Source: Macrostomum lignano (taxonomy: Eukaryota). Taken from it: 64,000 nt of DNA. The notes beneath the pieces were generated by a model, which did no database searches, was not told the DNA's origin, and saw only the letters and a list, made by a program, of their open reading frames with translations. The stretch spans positions 124,001 to 188,000 of the forward strand of contig NIVC01002014.1 of the NCBI GenBank assembly GCA_002269645.1, given 5' to 3'. A program made the translations under genes and the position numbers. Below are positions 13,506-26,122 of this stretch, one piece after another; positions within the stretch are counted from its first letter, which is position 1; every line of letters starts with the position of its first letter.

Positions 13506-14880
13506 CTGCATGATCGGTAAAGTATATATGTAATATTGAGGAAACAAACTGATTTAATTGTGACTTTGACGGGACTTCCATTTATATAGCAGTTCGGATC
13601 GTTAGGGTGGGGTGACTTTGGAACTGGTGGGGTGTAAGGGACTTAACACTGGCTTAGCACTTTAGTGTTAAGCATGACAGGGAGTAAAATGGCTTACAAT
13701 ATGGCATGATGTGCGTGAATCGTGCATGATATGCTTCGAGAGCATTACCGGATATCAAGATTCGCTGCGGGGGATCAGCTTCGGTTGACTGCGCACAGCG
13801 GGGTGGAGGGGTGGGAAGGCGCACGCTGCAGTCCACCAATTTTCACGACTCCACAGGGGACTATTAGCAGTCCTCTCGATGCGTTTTGACTTTTATTGAT
13901 AGTATAAATGCACCATGTACGTGGACACATGTATTGTATGCAGATTGCATAAAACACAAATGCTTAAGATTCATTGACGCCCGGATGCATATGGGTATGA
14001 GAGAGTGTGCATAGGTGACGCATTTGCATCTAGAATATTCGCATCGGAACATTTAACCTATCGAATACATGTATAATGGGCATGCAGTTAACATATATAC
14101 TGTGCTGTAACGAAATTGCAAAGTTTGATCGTTTCAAATAAAATTAGGTAATTACTAAAACAAACTCATCGATATAACAACTATATTGTAAGCTACGCTG
14201 CTGTATGAACTACATATCATTCATGCAATAACAATTTTGGTCACTTCGTCAACAAGCAAATGGGGAGGACCTAGGCATTGGTCACTTCGTCAACCACCAG
14301 TAAAGTCGCTTTAACACTTTGGTCACTTCGTCAACCGAGTTGACGAAACGCCAGTTGACGAAATGACCATCACCCTTGATTTGAATCTCATGAATCTGAA
14401 ATTCGTAAAATCTATATATAAACTCTAATCTTCAGTAATAGGGGCCTACTATATAGAATATTATAATGGTATGGTATGTCCTGTCAATTGATGTCAATTT
14501 AATAGTTTATTGTTGTCAAAAATAAATAAATAAAAAATAGTTGAGATGTTTAACTTTTTGAGCATCATGAAAAAAAGCAAAACAAAAAATTACAGCTTAG
14601 GCTTGGACTTATTAATTTTTATTTTAATGAAAGTGCTTACAACTTGGATTTAAATTGAACAATTTTAAAGTGGACAAACAAAATTGTCTTTTATGCCATA
14701 TCTAAAATTGGTATAAGACCAAAATAGCCACAACATTAAATATCTTTGGCTCTGCTCTCTTTTTATCATTAATTAGCAAAATAGTAGCTATTTTATATTA
14801 AATATCATGTTTAATCAATCATATTCATAAATACTAATGCAATAATAGAAATAGATTTGAAACTAATTACCTATAATACA

Positions 14881-16274
14881 TATAGGAATTTAAATGAATA
14901 AGGTGTAAAGGTAGTGGTTCTTAATCTTAATATTATTGCTAATAAGATAGGTTTGTAAGATAGGTTGAAGAAACTGCAACTGTTTGATTGCGGGTGCTTT
15001 ATATTTATAGCTTTCTCATGGAACATTCCAGAAGAGAGAGTTTTCTAGAAAGAGTTCACGCGTGAATTCAAGTTACTATATTTAGAATAATATATGGTAT
15101 AGCAAAGAAATTTCTTGAATGAAATGTTTACTGCTTGAATGGCTGAAAGTTTTGCAAAGGTTTAGTACAAGGTCACTACAATAGTCTCCTCTACTGGAGA
15201 CGGAGTCCCAATAGAAATCAAATTGATAAAAATGTTGCAATTGATAGCGTTGAGTGAATGGTAAATGTCATTAATACATATACAGGTAGTATAAGCAGCT
15301 AGTCTACAGTCTGTAAATTTAAAGTCCCAAGTTGGTGTAGCTGTACTCCTTTGGGTATGCAGCTTGGCTTCTGTTGAGTTGACGTAAGCAGCTGTGATTT
15401 CAACTTGTTTGAATTGATACATGTATGGTTGACTTGGAATTGCAGCCCCTATACCATTACAGATTTAAGCCAATTGTTGCTCCTTATTTGAGGTTGGGCT
15501 TGGCCTTGCTTATAGTGGTGGCTATTGATGATGGCGGAGACAAAATTACGACTTGGCACAGACTGCTTAGTTGATGGCATTGGTTGAGCTAGAACGATTA
15601 GCAGTTGGCCCTGTTTCTGGTTGGTGGTGGCGCGCTTCTGGGTTGAACAACTTAGTAGGTGAACGCAGATGCAGACAGGCCAACTAGGTGCGACAATACC
15701 TGCCTGGTATCGATGTTTTGCTGCTTTGATGCTTGTCAGTTGAGTGCTCAGATTGCTACTTAGCGGCGCATACTGGATGCACATTGGTGTATGGTGCTGC
15801 TTGCGCTGTAGCATTTGACTTGATAGGATGTCGCTTGTAGAAGGGTTCAATCATCTGTCGACAACTTTAGTGCATTAAGCAGAAAATGCGGCTATGGCTA
15901 TGATTCGTTTCCAGATTGGCTGCAAATTAAAACTAAATTAGCTTCTCACAAGAGGTGGGCCAAGCTGGCCTTTCGCCGCCTCACCAGACCAGCTGTAGGG
16001 ATTTAAATGAATAAGGCATAAAGGTGGTGGTTCTTAATATTATTGCTAATAAGATAGGTCGAAGAAACTGCAATCATTTGATTGCGGGTGCTTTATATTT
16101 ATAGCTTTCTCATGGAACATTCCAGAAGAGAGAGTTTTCTAGAAAGAGTTTGCACGGGAATTCAAGTTACTATATTTAGAATCATATATGCTATAGTGAG
16201 GAAATTTCTAGGATGAAATGTTTACTACATGAATGGCTGAAAGTTTTGCTAAGGTATAGTACAAGGTCACTACA
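14881..16274 (-). mobile_element. Small non-autonomous LTR element (TRIM-like or deleted Gypsy-type)
   Basis: Diverged ~290-bp direct repeats 14881-15180 and 15994-16274 with TG...CA ends (one TG mutated to TA), 4-bp TSD TACA, purine tract AGTAGAGGAG before the 3' LTR and TGG just after the 5' LTR on the minus strand. Confidence 0.8.
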
Positions 16275-18556
16275 TACAAAAACTTTCATCTTTTTCAGTG
16301 TTTATGCCAATTTATTCCCTATCATTACATCTATCAAATCTATCACTATTTGTTTATTAAAAAACCAAATATTGCTACTAGTAATGCTATACAAAAATTT
16401 AGATAAAAATGCAACAAGTCAAGGTATTTATTTTGTGTTAGGCCCTAGGCTACTTGCTTGATGTAGTGAATAAATATCTATAGATCAAGCTATAATAAAA
16501 GCTAAAGCCAAAAGAATGATTATAATATAGCAGCCTAATATAATACAATTCTAATATAGCATCTTTTTGGTATTTATTTTTCAAATTATTACCAATAGGA
16601 AATAAGTGAAATATATAGACCTAGGCTTATTATTATCTATTTAGACACTTAGAGCTGTGGCCATCTTGGTCATGAGCCCTAAAATTATATCCACAAACAC
16701 AATGCAAATTAGTTTTGACTAGGCCTAATATATGACTTTGTTTTATAATCTATATGCATAGGCTATACTAAATTCCTAAAAAATGAGACCTAGGTCCTAG
16801 GCTTACTAAATAAAAAGCAAAACAAAATTTTCAATTGAATTTGTTATAAACTTTTAAATAGATACTAAAGATAAGGGCCTAAAGAGCAATCTTTTGGCTT
16901 TTTCTCTTGCTTGACTTTAGGCTTTAGGCTTTAGGCTTGATTTAGAAGTTGGATAAGTAGAAAATTTAGGCCAAGCATAAAATTTTGTGAAATTTTTTGT
17001 CAAGTATGATTGTGATTATGAACTTTAATTTATATTTTAATTTATACAAATGTAGTAATGGTACCTTATTTCTAGGAAATGTTGTTTCTTAAACTAGCGC
17101 AAAAATTAATATTTTTTGTTAAAAAATATAAAATATTTACAATTTGTAAAATTTGTTTTAAATATTCTCAATTAACTATTATAAATAGGAAAGAAGTTAG
17201 AGGGATAAAAAGATAACTCATTTTTAGATCATTGCTATTTCCTAGAAGTTCTAAGAGTATTGTAAAGAAGTTTGTCAGAATCTGGGAACTTATGCAAAGA
17301 AAGTATTAAGAGTAAGCACTGTGACACTCTAATATTAGTAACGCCTAAACTGGAGAGTAAAATATGTAGCTACCAGTAAGACTGCTTATATTATATCAAG
17401 ACTGCCAAAATATTATCAAGAATGCTATCAGAATGATACCAGGATTAGAAATTTGAAGTCAAGACTAATAGAATTTAGCACAGTATTTATGGAGAAATAA
17501 ATCGGCACTAGTACAATCCTTGGCATCAGCAGTTGGGATTTTAAGAGAAAGAAGTTAAACCCTGCAACAACTTAGGGCATATCAGTAGGATTTAGAAAGG
17601 GAGAACCAAAAGGCCTAGTATACAAATCTAAATTATTTTCATGCCAAATTCATGCCAAAATAGATATTATATACTATGGCAACCATCTAGGAGAAGATAT
17701 ATATTAAACTTGACCAGCTAGTCCATTCAGCTTTTGATATAAGATTAAGCTTAAAATAAAGTTGTTAGTTGCCTATTTGTATAAACTGTTAAGTAAAAAA
17801 TTACAATTCATAAGTTACTTCATTCAAAAGTTCATTCAAAACTTTTATTACTTTTGAAACACCCCTTATAATATAGGTCACCACCACTACTGTGGTAATA
17901 TGCAAAAAAGGCTTTTAGATCTGAACAACTCTTCTTAATTTAGATTGATAAGGATTGCTTAATGTTTCTAAGGTCACAAAGTCCTAACTAGCTTAAGCTA
18001 ATTTACTATGCTGAGACTAAGTATTGCATGTAGATCTCACTCTCATCTCACCTCATCTCACCATTTGCATTATGGCAGAGTACTCATAACCTAACCTTTC
18101 TATAATTTATTATCATTACTTCTTGGAGCTCCAGCTCCACTGGATGCTCTAAAATAGTTTTTAGATGAAATGCGCATGTTGTGTAATTGATATGGTAGGT
18201 AGGGCTTTAAGTTAAGATGGATGCAGTCCCAGTCATTTTTGTACTATAAATAAATGAGATGCAGTTAATGAGTGGTAGGTAGTTGTTGCATTTATCACTA
18301 TAATTTAGTGAATTATGGAAAAACTGTTGCCATTAGATTTAACATTATCAAAAGTTACAGGAGGTTATCAATTAGTTAGATATGAATATGGATGCAGATA
18401 CATACATACAGATAGGCTATGGGACAAAATTATTGCAATAGATACAGCTATACGAATATGGATACACTTTTGGTACAGCAGAACTGTAATATTTCCATAG
18501 GCATATCTGTAGCTGCCATAGTTGCTATAGCACTCTGTAGTCACTAGCTGTAGCTA

Positions 18557-21380
18557 ATGCTGGATGGAGCACAAGCAAACCCTGTGTGCCGCTGGGGCCC
18601 GCAGGCCGAGCGCACCAGAGTCCTGTATCAGTCATTCCGGTCCAGCCGTTGTGGCTACTGCAACGATGAGACGGCCGTCACCGCCTGGATGGTGGGCTAC
18701 TCGGTGCCTGTCGGGCTGTACCAGGAGCTCATGAACCACGGCTGGCAGCGGCTGGGGACCGCCTTCTCCGTGTGCAGCATGCCGGCCACCTGCTGTCCGC
18801 AGTACGCCTCGCGCACCGATGTGACTCGGTTCCAGCTGACCGCCTCCCAGCGGCGGACATTGCGGCGCGTGCTGCGGTTTGTTGGCGGCCGCTGCGGGCC
18901 CAAGCCGGACAAGCTGAGCGCAGCGGAACTGGTGGGTGCCTGGCATGGGTTTGGTTGCAGTTGTAGCTTGCATGGCGCCTTGAGCACTGCGGCAAATCCA
19001 CTTATACTCTAGTCTAAGTAGTCATAAGTAGACTCACCCGGATGTGGTAGTTGGGTTCAGTGACTCAGACCCAGATGCTGTTGTTGGGTTCAGTGACTCA
19101 GACCCGGATGCTGTTGGGTTCAGTGACTCAGACCCGGATGCTGTTGGGTTCAGTGGCTCTGATCCAGATGCTGTTGGGTTCAGTGGCTCTGATCCAGATG
19201 TTGTTGGGTTCAGTGGCTCTGATCCAGATGCTGTTGGGTTCAGTGACTCAGACCCGGATGCTGTTGGGTTCAGTGACTCAGACCCGGATGCTGTTGGGTT
19301 CAGTGACTCAGACCCGGATGCTGTTGGGTTCAGTGACTCAGACCCGGATGCTGTTGGGTTCAGTGGCTCTGATCCAGATGCTGTTGGGTTCAGTGGCTCT
19401 GATCCAGATGTTGTTGGGTTCAGTGGCTCTGATCCAGATGCTGTTGGGTTCAGTGACTCAGACCCGGATGCTGTTGGGTTCAGTGACTCAGACCCGGATG
19501 CTGTTGGGTTCAGTGACTCAGACCCGGATGCTGTTGGGTTCAGTGACTCAGACCCAGATGCTGTTGGGTTCAGTGACTCAGACCCGGATGCGGTGGGCCA
19601 TCTCAGTTTCCATTCCTGTCACCCGCGCTCAAGGACGCCGAGGCCTTGGCAGAGGCGGAGCTGTCACTGGCCGCCGCGGGCCCGCCGGACAGCCGCAAGG
19701 CGCGGCATCTTCGTTGGCGGCGCCGGCTGGACCGGCTGCGTCAGCGAGCCGCCAGCGCCGAGTCGCCCGACGCCGAGCTGAGCCGCCTGCTCGCCGAATC
19801 CGCCGCCCGTCGGCTTCGTCGTCGGCAACGAAACTCGGCGCACTCGCTGGCCGACTACGCGCGGGCCTTCGCCAGGCTGGACCCCGGCCGCTTCCAGGTG
19901 CGCTGGCTGAGCCCTGACTCGCGCGAGCTGCGGGACTCGCTGCACGACGAGTACGCCTGCTACCTCACCTACCAGCAGTCCGTCCACCGCGATGTGGACT
20001 TCGACTGGAGCTTCCGGCACTTCTGCGATGTCATGGTGAGCTTTAGGTCTGATGATGCGCATGATGTACTTATTATCTTCTGATTTTGAACTATCAGTTT
20101 AGAATTGGTTTTGAGATAATCGGATCGCAATCGCTTTTGACAGCTTTGGAGTGAAATTTCTTACTGTCGTCCATTTAAGATAAGATTTTGAGTCGCTTAT
20201 TGGAGAGTGACATTTTTATTGCCTCTTTTTGTTGAGATTTTGAATTAACTGTCCATCTGAGGTGAGATTTTGAATTGGCTGTGCATCTGGGTGAGATTTT
20301 GAATTGGCTGTGCATCTGGGTGAGATTTTGAATTGGCTGTGCATCTGGGTGAGATTTTGAATTGGCTGTGCATCTGGGTGAGATTTTGAATTGGCTGTGC
20401 ATCTGGGGTGAGATTTTGAATTGGCTGTGCATCTGGGGTGAGATTTTAAATTGGCTGTGCATCTGGGGTGAGATTTTGAATTGGCTGTGCATCTGGGGTG
20501 AGATTTTGAATTGGCTGTGCATCTGGGTGAGATTTTGAATTGGCTGTGCATCTGGGGTGAGATTTTGAATTGGCTGTGCATCTGGGTGAGATTTTGAATT
20601 GGCTGTGCATCTGGGGTGAGATTTTGAATTTGAGTAACTTTGCCCTCAGCTTAATTTCTTCCGCTTATCTGCGCATCGCGGACCCCCTGCCAGGTGAGCA
20701 CCTGCCTGGCTGCCGAGCGCGCCACAGGCCGCGGCACGTACCACGTGCAGTACTGGCTGGGCGACCGCCTGCTTGGCGTGGACATTGTGGACGTGCTGGC
20801 GGACTCGGCCTCCTCCATGTACTTCTTCTACAACCCGGAGCTGCTGCGCCTGTCGCCCGGCAGCTTCAGCGCGCTGCACCTGCTGTCCCGCCTGAGCACC
20901 TGGCACCTCAGCTTCCCCCAGGGCCCGCCTATGCGCTACCTGTACCTCGGTTGCTATGTGCCCGGCAACCGCAAGCTGGCCTACAAGAGCGGCCTCAGGC
21001 CCTTCCAGCTGCTGTGCCCGGAGACCCGGCGCTGGTTCGACTTCGACACGGTCTGCCGAGCCCTGCTCCTGGCAAATGCTGGCAGCAAGTACGCCCGCTT
21101 CGCCCCGCCCGCCGCTGACCCGGCCGCGGCCGCCGCCCTGGAGGCTTCCTCGGCCGCTGCCGCCAGGGACGCCCTGAAAGTGCGGCTTCCCGGCCCGTCC
21201 GGCGGCCTCGTCCAGCCCAAATTCGTCGCCGTGAGGGATCTGCCGGACGGCGCGTTCGGCAGATCCACGGCCGCCGCGCTGGACCTGCTGGGCCAGCTGG
21301 CCGAGCTGGTGGGACCCGACGCCGCCAGGCAGCTCGCCGTGGTGCTGGAGGTCGCGCTGCTCTTGCAGGGCGGCGGCTAG
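18557..21380 (+). CDS. ATE1: Arginyl-tRNA--protein transferase (ATE1)-like, divergent, ~487 aa; exons 18557-18931, 19634-20035, 20694-21380
   Basis: N-domain CGYC...GWQRLG...TCCPQY. C-domain GTYHVQYWLGDRLLGVDIVDVL..SASSMYFFYNP...YLYLGCY...KLAYK...PFQLLCP. Both introns are GT-AG, phase 0. The start codon is uncertain because a possible acceptor lies at 18604. Confidence 0.88.
19040..19592. repeat. 30-bp intronic minisatellite (GATGCTGTTGGGTTCAGTGACTCAGACCCG)
   Basis: ATE1 intron 1, about 18 units of two variants. Confidence 0.95.
20262..20632. repeat. 29/30-bp intronic minisatellite (GAGATTTTGAATTGGCTGTGCATCTGGGT)
   Basis: ATE1 intron 2. Confidence 0.95.
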
Positions 21381-21459
21381 CGGCTGCTCCTGCCATCTCA
21401 CCGCAGGACTGAAGCCGTGCCCGCTGACTGATCGCAGGGATTGTACTGGTTGCCTACTC

Positions 21460-22620
21460 TACCCATCCGCCCCTGCTCTCCATTCGTCCGCCCCTGCTCT
21501 CCATTCGTCCGCCCCTGCTCTCTACCCATCCGCCCATGCTCTCTACCCACCCGCCCCTGCTCTCCACCCATCCGCCCCTGCTCAGGCTGCTCTCCACCCA
21601 TCCGCCCATGCTCTCCACCCATCCGCCCCTGCTTTCTACCCATCCGCCCCTGCTCTCTACCCATCCGCCCCTGCTCTCTACCCATCCGCCCCTGCTCTCT
21701 ACCCATCCGCCCCTGCTCTCTACCCATCCGCCCCTGCTCTCTACCCACCCGCCCCTGCTCTCCACCCATCCGCCCCTGCTCTCTACCCATCCGCCCCTGC
21801 TCTCCACCCATCCGCCCCTGCTCTCTACCCATCCGCCCCTGCTCTCTACCCATCCGCCCATGCTCTCCACCCATCCGCCCCTGCTCTCTACCCATCCGCC
21901 CCTGCTCTCTACCCATCCGCCCCTGCTCTCTACCCATCCGCCCCTGCTCTCTACCCATCCGCCCATGCTCTCTATCCATCCGCCCATGCTCTCTATCCAT
22001 CCGCCCCTGCTCTCTACCCATCCGCCCCTGCTCTCCACCTATCCGCCCCTGCTCTCCACCCATCCGCCCCTGCTCTTCATTCGTCCGCCCCTGCTCTCTA
22101 CCCATCCGCCCCTGCTCTCTACCCATCCGCCCCTGCTCTCTACCCATCCGCCCCTGCTCTCTACCCATCCGCCCCTGCTCTCTACCCATCCGCCCATGCT
22201 CTCCACCCATCCGCCCCTGCTCTCTACCCATCCGCCCCTGCTCTCTACCCATCCGCCCCTGCTCTCTACCCATCCGCCCCTGCTCTCCACCCATCCGCCC
22301 CTGCTCTCCACCCATCCGCCCCTGCTCTCTACCCATCCGCCCCTGCTCTCTACCCATCCGCCCCTGCTCTCTACCCATCCGCCCATGCTCTCTATCCATC
22401 CGCCCCTGCTCTTTACCCATCCGCCCCTGCTCTCCACCTATCCGCCCCTGCTCTCCACCCATCCGCCCCTGCTCTCCATTCGTCCGCCCCTGCTCTCTAC
22501 CCATCCGCCCCTGCTCTCTACCCATTCGCCCCTGCTCTCTACCCATCCGCCCCTGCTCTCTACCCATCCGCCCCTGCTCTCTACCCATCCGCCCCTGCTC
22601 TCCACCCATTCGCCTGCTCT
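21460..22620. repeat. 21-bp minisatellite (CGCCCCTGCTCTCTACCCATC)
   Basis: About 55 units immediately 3' of the ATE1 stop. Confidence 0.95.
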
Positions 22621-24116
22621 CCATCTATCTGCTTTTCCATGGTGGCAAGCCGGAGGGAATTCCTGCGCTACAAACGCCCATATTTTCCTTTCTTAGAATT
22701 TTCTTACTCGTTAATCCTTAGCCTGCTTATCTAGCTTTGTCTCTTGTCTGTCTTTCACCGCTCATTGCTATTACTATATGCCCTCTGCCCACTGTGTTCC
22801 GCGTCCCTCGGCATCATGTGTAATACTCTTATATACTCATACAGATTATTCCGATCCACCTTTAATTGATTAAATTGATTGAAGCCAGGTGTGAATTTTA
22901 TCCATTATTTTTTTACTCTGACTGTTGCACGATTCGTGATTCTCTACTGTTAGTAGTAGTTGGCCAGTTTTTGTTTTTGGGTTCGGCGAAGATTGGCCTA
23001 GTATTAATTATTTTCTTTTAAATCTGCCCTGGGCCCAAGCCTCTGTCCAGTATTTTACTCTCATTCGCCGCCAGTCATTGGGTATTCGCGTCCGTCGCTA
23101 TTCAAGAATACACACCTCTGTTCCAATTCCCAATATTTCTTGACATTATTTGCCTCCTAGAATTTTACAGTAACCGTTTTTATATATTTACACACAGTAC
23201 AACGCCATTGTTATTCACGATTGCACCGCGCCGTTGTGTGTGTGTGTGTGGATTTTAACTGTGATACAATATGATGTTTTGAATTTTCAAACTCAAATCC
23301 AATGCACTTTTGATGCGGGTTTCTTCTTTTTTTTCTAACAATATTTAAAGTTGTATAAAAGTACATTCTCCCGTAATGGGGCGTCTTGAAAGTCAACTCC
23401 ACTGAGTTGACTGGCTTTAAGTTCTAATTGGCCCAGAGTTTTGATTGGCTCTGGGTTTTGATTGGCTCTGAGTTCTGATTGGTCTGACAAACGGGATTTT
23501 AAATACGCACTCGATGGCGACTGCTGCAGCTCTGGTTGCATTTCGAGAGTGCTGCGCTTTCATATGTCGTAGGAGTTGCTGCAACAACACCTGCCCATAT
23601 AGTTCAGACGCTTTTGCACAGCTTTTTTGAGTCATCTGGCTGCTTGAAACCGACGCGTTGAATCTACTCGTAAATTTGCTGTAGGCTTCATGCTGCACAG
23701 TTGTGCCGCCCACGCCGCTGAAGTCGCGATGTCCTTCAGTCCCTAGGGGCTCTTAACTTTTTTGAGTTAAAGCAAACCAACAAACCGTTGAAGCAACCAA
23801 GGAACTAATTAGCACTGCAACTGGAACTGTCTGTCTGAGGCATCCCTGGAGAAGTTAGCCAAGAAGCAAAGCTGTGGTTTTAAAAGTTTGAATTCCTCAA
23901 CTGATTAGTCCCTGCTCAGAGCAATAGCTGCATAAAACACACCCGCGTACATGTACACAGTCTACATAAGTGTATGAATTAAGGATACAAATTAATTGTT
24001 CCATGTGTGGAATCAAGAATCAAACCCGACCTTTCAGTCTTTAATCCAAGGCTCTGAACACTATAGTCTAGAACCCTCTTCCCTCGTTTAACTACAGGTA
24101 AAAATTAAGTAGGTAC

Positions 24117-24222
24117 GCCGAGCTCTATGAAGCCGCTCTTGTCAACGTCGAACATGCTGACCAACAGTCGGCGAGGAATCGGCGGGAGCGTATCTTTGTT
24201 CCAGGATTCCCAATCGGTCAGT
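24117..24222 (-). CDS. Isolated exon encoding a penta-EF-hand-like EF-hand segment
   Basis: LTDWESWNKDTLPPIPRRLLVSMFDVDKSGFIELG matches the helix-loop DxDxSGxI of sorcin/peflin/ALG-2. Acceptor ttatctag, weak donor GTACCT. No partner exons found. Confidence 0.45.
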
Positions 24223-25351
24223 CTAGATAAGTATTTGTTCTAGTTTAGTTGGGACTAAGACTTACGCAAGTATGGCTCTGAATACAATTGTGTTAAGTTT
24301 CGTGTACCCAATTTTGCTGTTGATCGCAACGTTTATGTATTTTTATTAATTTTTTTGTTTACTTGTGCCATGGTGGTGGAAAAATCTACTGAATCACGCT
24401 GAAAAGCTACCAGCTTATGCTCACTGGGCCGGCGAGAAAAATTAACCCACATTGAGTTTTCCTCGGGTCCACATAATAATCGAAAAATCAGCACAAAACT
24501 GAACAAATGCACTGCACGACTTCAGCTGCCCTTCACGTCGATTAAGAGCCTCAGTAAACGAGGTACCTTTCTTCCCAGGTTGTACTACTAGCTTTTTGTT
24601 TAAATAATCAAAACTTCCCGGAAAGTATACGCCCCGTTATCACCCAATCGATGTCAGCTAGCTATTATACAGTCAACCGACCCATTGCCATTAAAGCTAT
24701 CAATTGATACTTGATAGCCTTCTTATTTTTTTGTTTTTCCTTTCTAAAATAGACCTAAATCTCATTTACTTGAGTTAAAAGACACACCATTCTTGAAAAT
24801 TGTTCAAGCAAAAGTAATTTTTTTCATAAAATTTTCATCATTTTGCAATTTTTGGTAATGCATTTTGCATTTTGCCTATTAAACACTGTCTGTAATCGTT
24901 TTGCCTAAAAACGTCTTGGTTTACTACTAATATTTATGATATAATGATGTAATCATAATAATATTATTATTATTTATTTATTTATATTACTTACTATATT
25001 ATTGATATACTTTTTTAATTAAGAAATTTCTAATAGTAATAGGCCTAATAAATGATATGTTGTTTTTTTAGCTTTTTTATGGCCATGGCCTTAGGATTAG
25101 GCCTATAAATAAAGAAAAAAACCTAAGTTATATAATTTGTTAAAGTTTAAATTGATAGGCCTGCCTTAGGGGTAGGCCTAGGCCTATAAAAAATACCAAT
25201 CAATTTTTTATTTAATACTAGTTATCGAATTTTAATAATATAAATATAATGCATGAACAACTAGGCCCTATAGTAATTTGTAACTTATTTATAATATAAT
25301 TTTTTTATATAATATGTGGTACCAAAACATTGAATACATATATCAAAAGCC

Positions 25352-26122
25352 GGCAATCCTACACTTCCGTTCGGTAAATTATTTTGACATTTGAATTTTG
25401 AACAGGCGTGTTAAATAACAATGTAACCAAACAAAACTGAAACAGTGGAACATGGTAGCAGTCTGTTAGAGTGCATAGTCACTTAGAGTGTGTCTGTAGG
25501 TCATTAAGGTGTCTACAATGGATAGTAATGTCCAATCCAGTACAGGATAGCCCCAAATGGACATTGGGGATACAGACGACGCCAGAGAAATTCCTCAATG
25601 TGTGCGTCGAAGAGAGCGTCGCTTGTGCTATGCATGTTGCGGATCTTGCGCTTCGCGTGGGCCCATGTGCCCTCCACGGTGTTGGTGTGGACTGTTGGGT
25701 CCGCTGGATCTACGAAGTGCAGCCGATGGTTCACCGAGACGTGGTTGGGTAGACAAGACAGGAAGATATGAGAAGCTCAATAAAACAAACTGTCAAAAAG
25801 CTAGACGAGTAAGGAGATGGATCAGCTTCTCTGTTTAAACTGACTGGGGCTAAGAAAAAGAACGTTTCTTATACTGTTCGTGTTGCCCATTCCTCTTGTA
25901 CAGGGACCAGTGTGCTTCCGACCGGAAAAAATATCTATGGCTCAGTCAGAAGCCAAATAGTCTATGGTTTAGACTATAGTTTAGTTTAGAATAGTTTGCA
26001 CCCCTTTAAACTCTGTTCGCTCAAACTTTTGGCCATAGACACATTGCCAATCGACGTAATTTGACTCGGTGGTACGAATTCAAATGTGAAAATAATTTAC
26101 CAAACAAAAGTGTAGGATTGCC
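25352..26122 (-). mobile_element. Merlin (IS1595/ISXO2-like) non-autonomous derivative
   Basis: 46-bp TIRs starting GGCAATCCTACAC (4 mismatches), perfect 8-bp TSD CAAAAGCC (25344-25351 / 26123-26130) and a C-terminal transposase fragment 25513-25734 (VNH..HFVDP...HTNTVEGTW..AK...IEEFLWRR). Confidence 0.9.

Larger units (their letters stand above)
9623..14375 (-). mobile_element. Mutator-like (MULE) DNA transposon, defective, hosting nested insertions
   Basis: Imperfect ~38-bp TIRs (GGG..GTCATTTCGTCAACTGGCGTTTCGTCAACT), subterminal TTCGTCAAC arrays, 8-bp TSD TTGATTTG (9615-9622 / 14376-14383) and an internal MULE transposase. Confidence 0.9.

Noticed and set aside
19044-19917. SDSDPD-repeat ORF resembling bacterial SD-repeat adhesins
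   Set aside because: It is the 30-bp array inside ATE1 intron 1. Phase-consistent splice sites exclude it.
21398-22721. 400-aa GREQGRM / PIRPCSL ORFs
   Set aside because: Translations of a 21-bp array downstream of the ATE1 stop.
23417-23713. LLRHMKAQH resembling a BED zinc-finger end
   Set aside because: Upstream CxxC/W signature missing and no hAT transposase follows.
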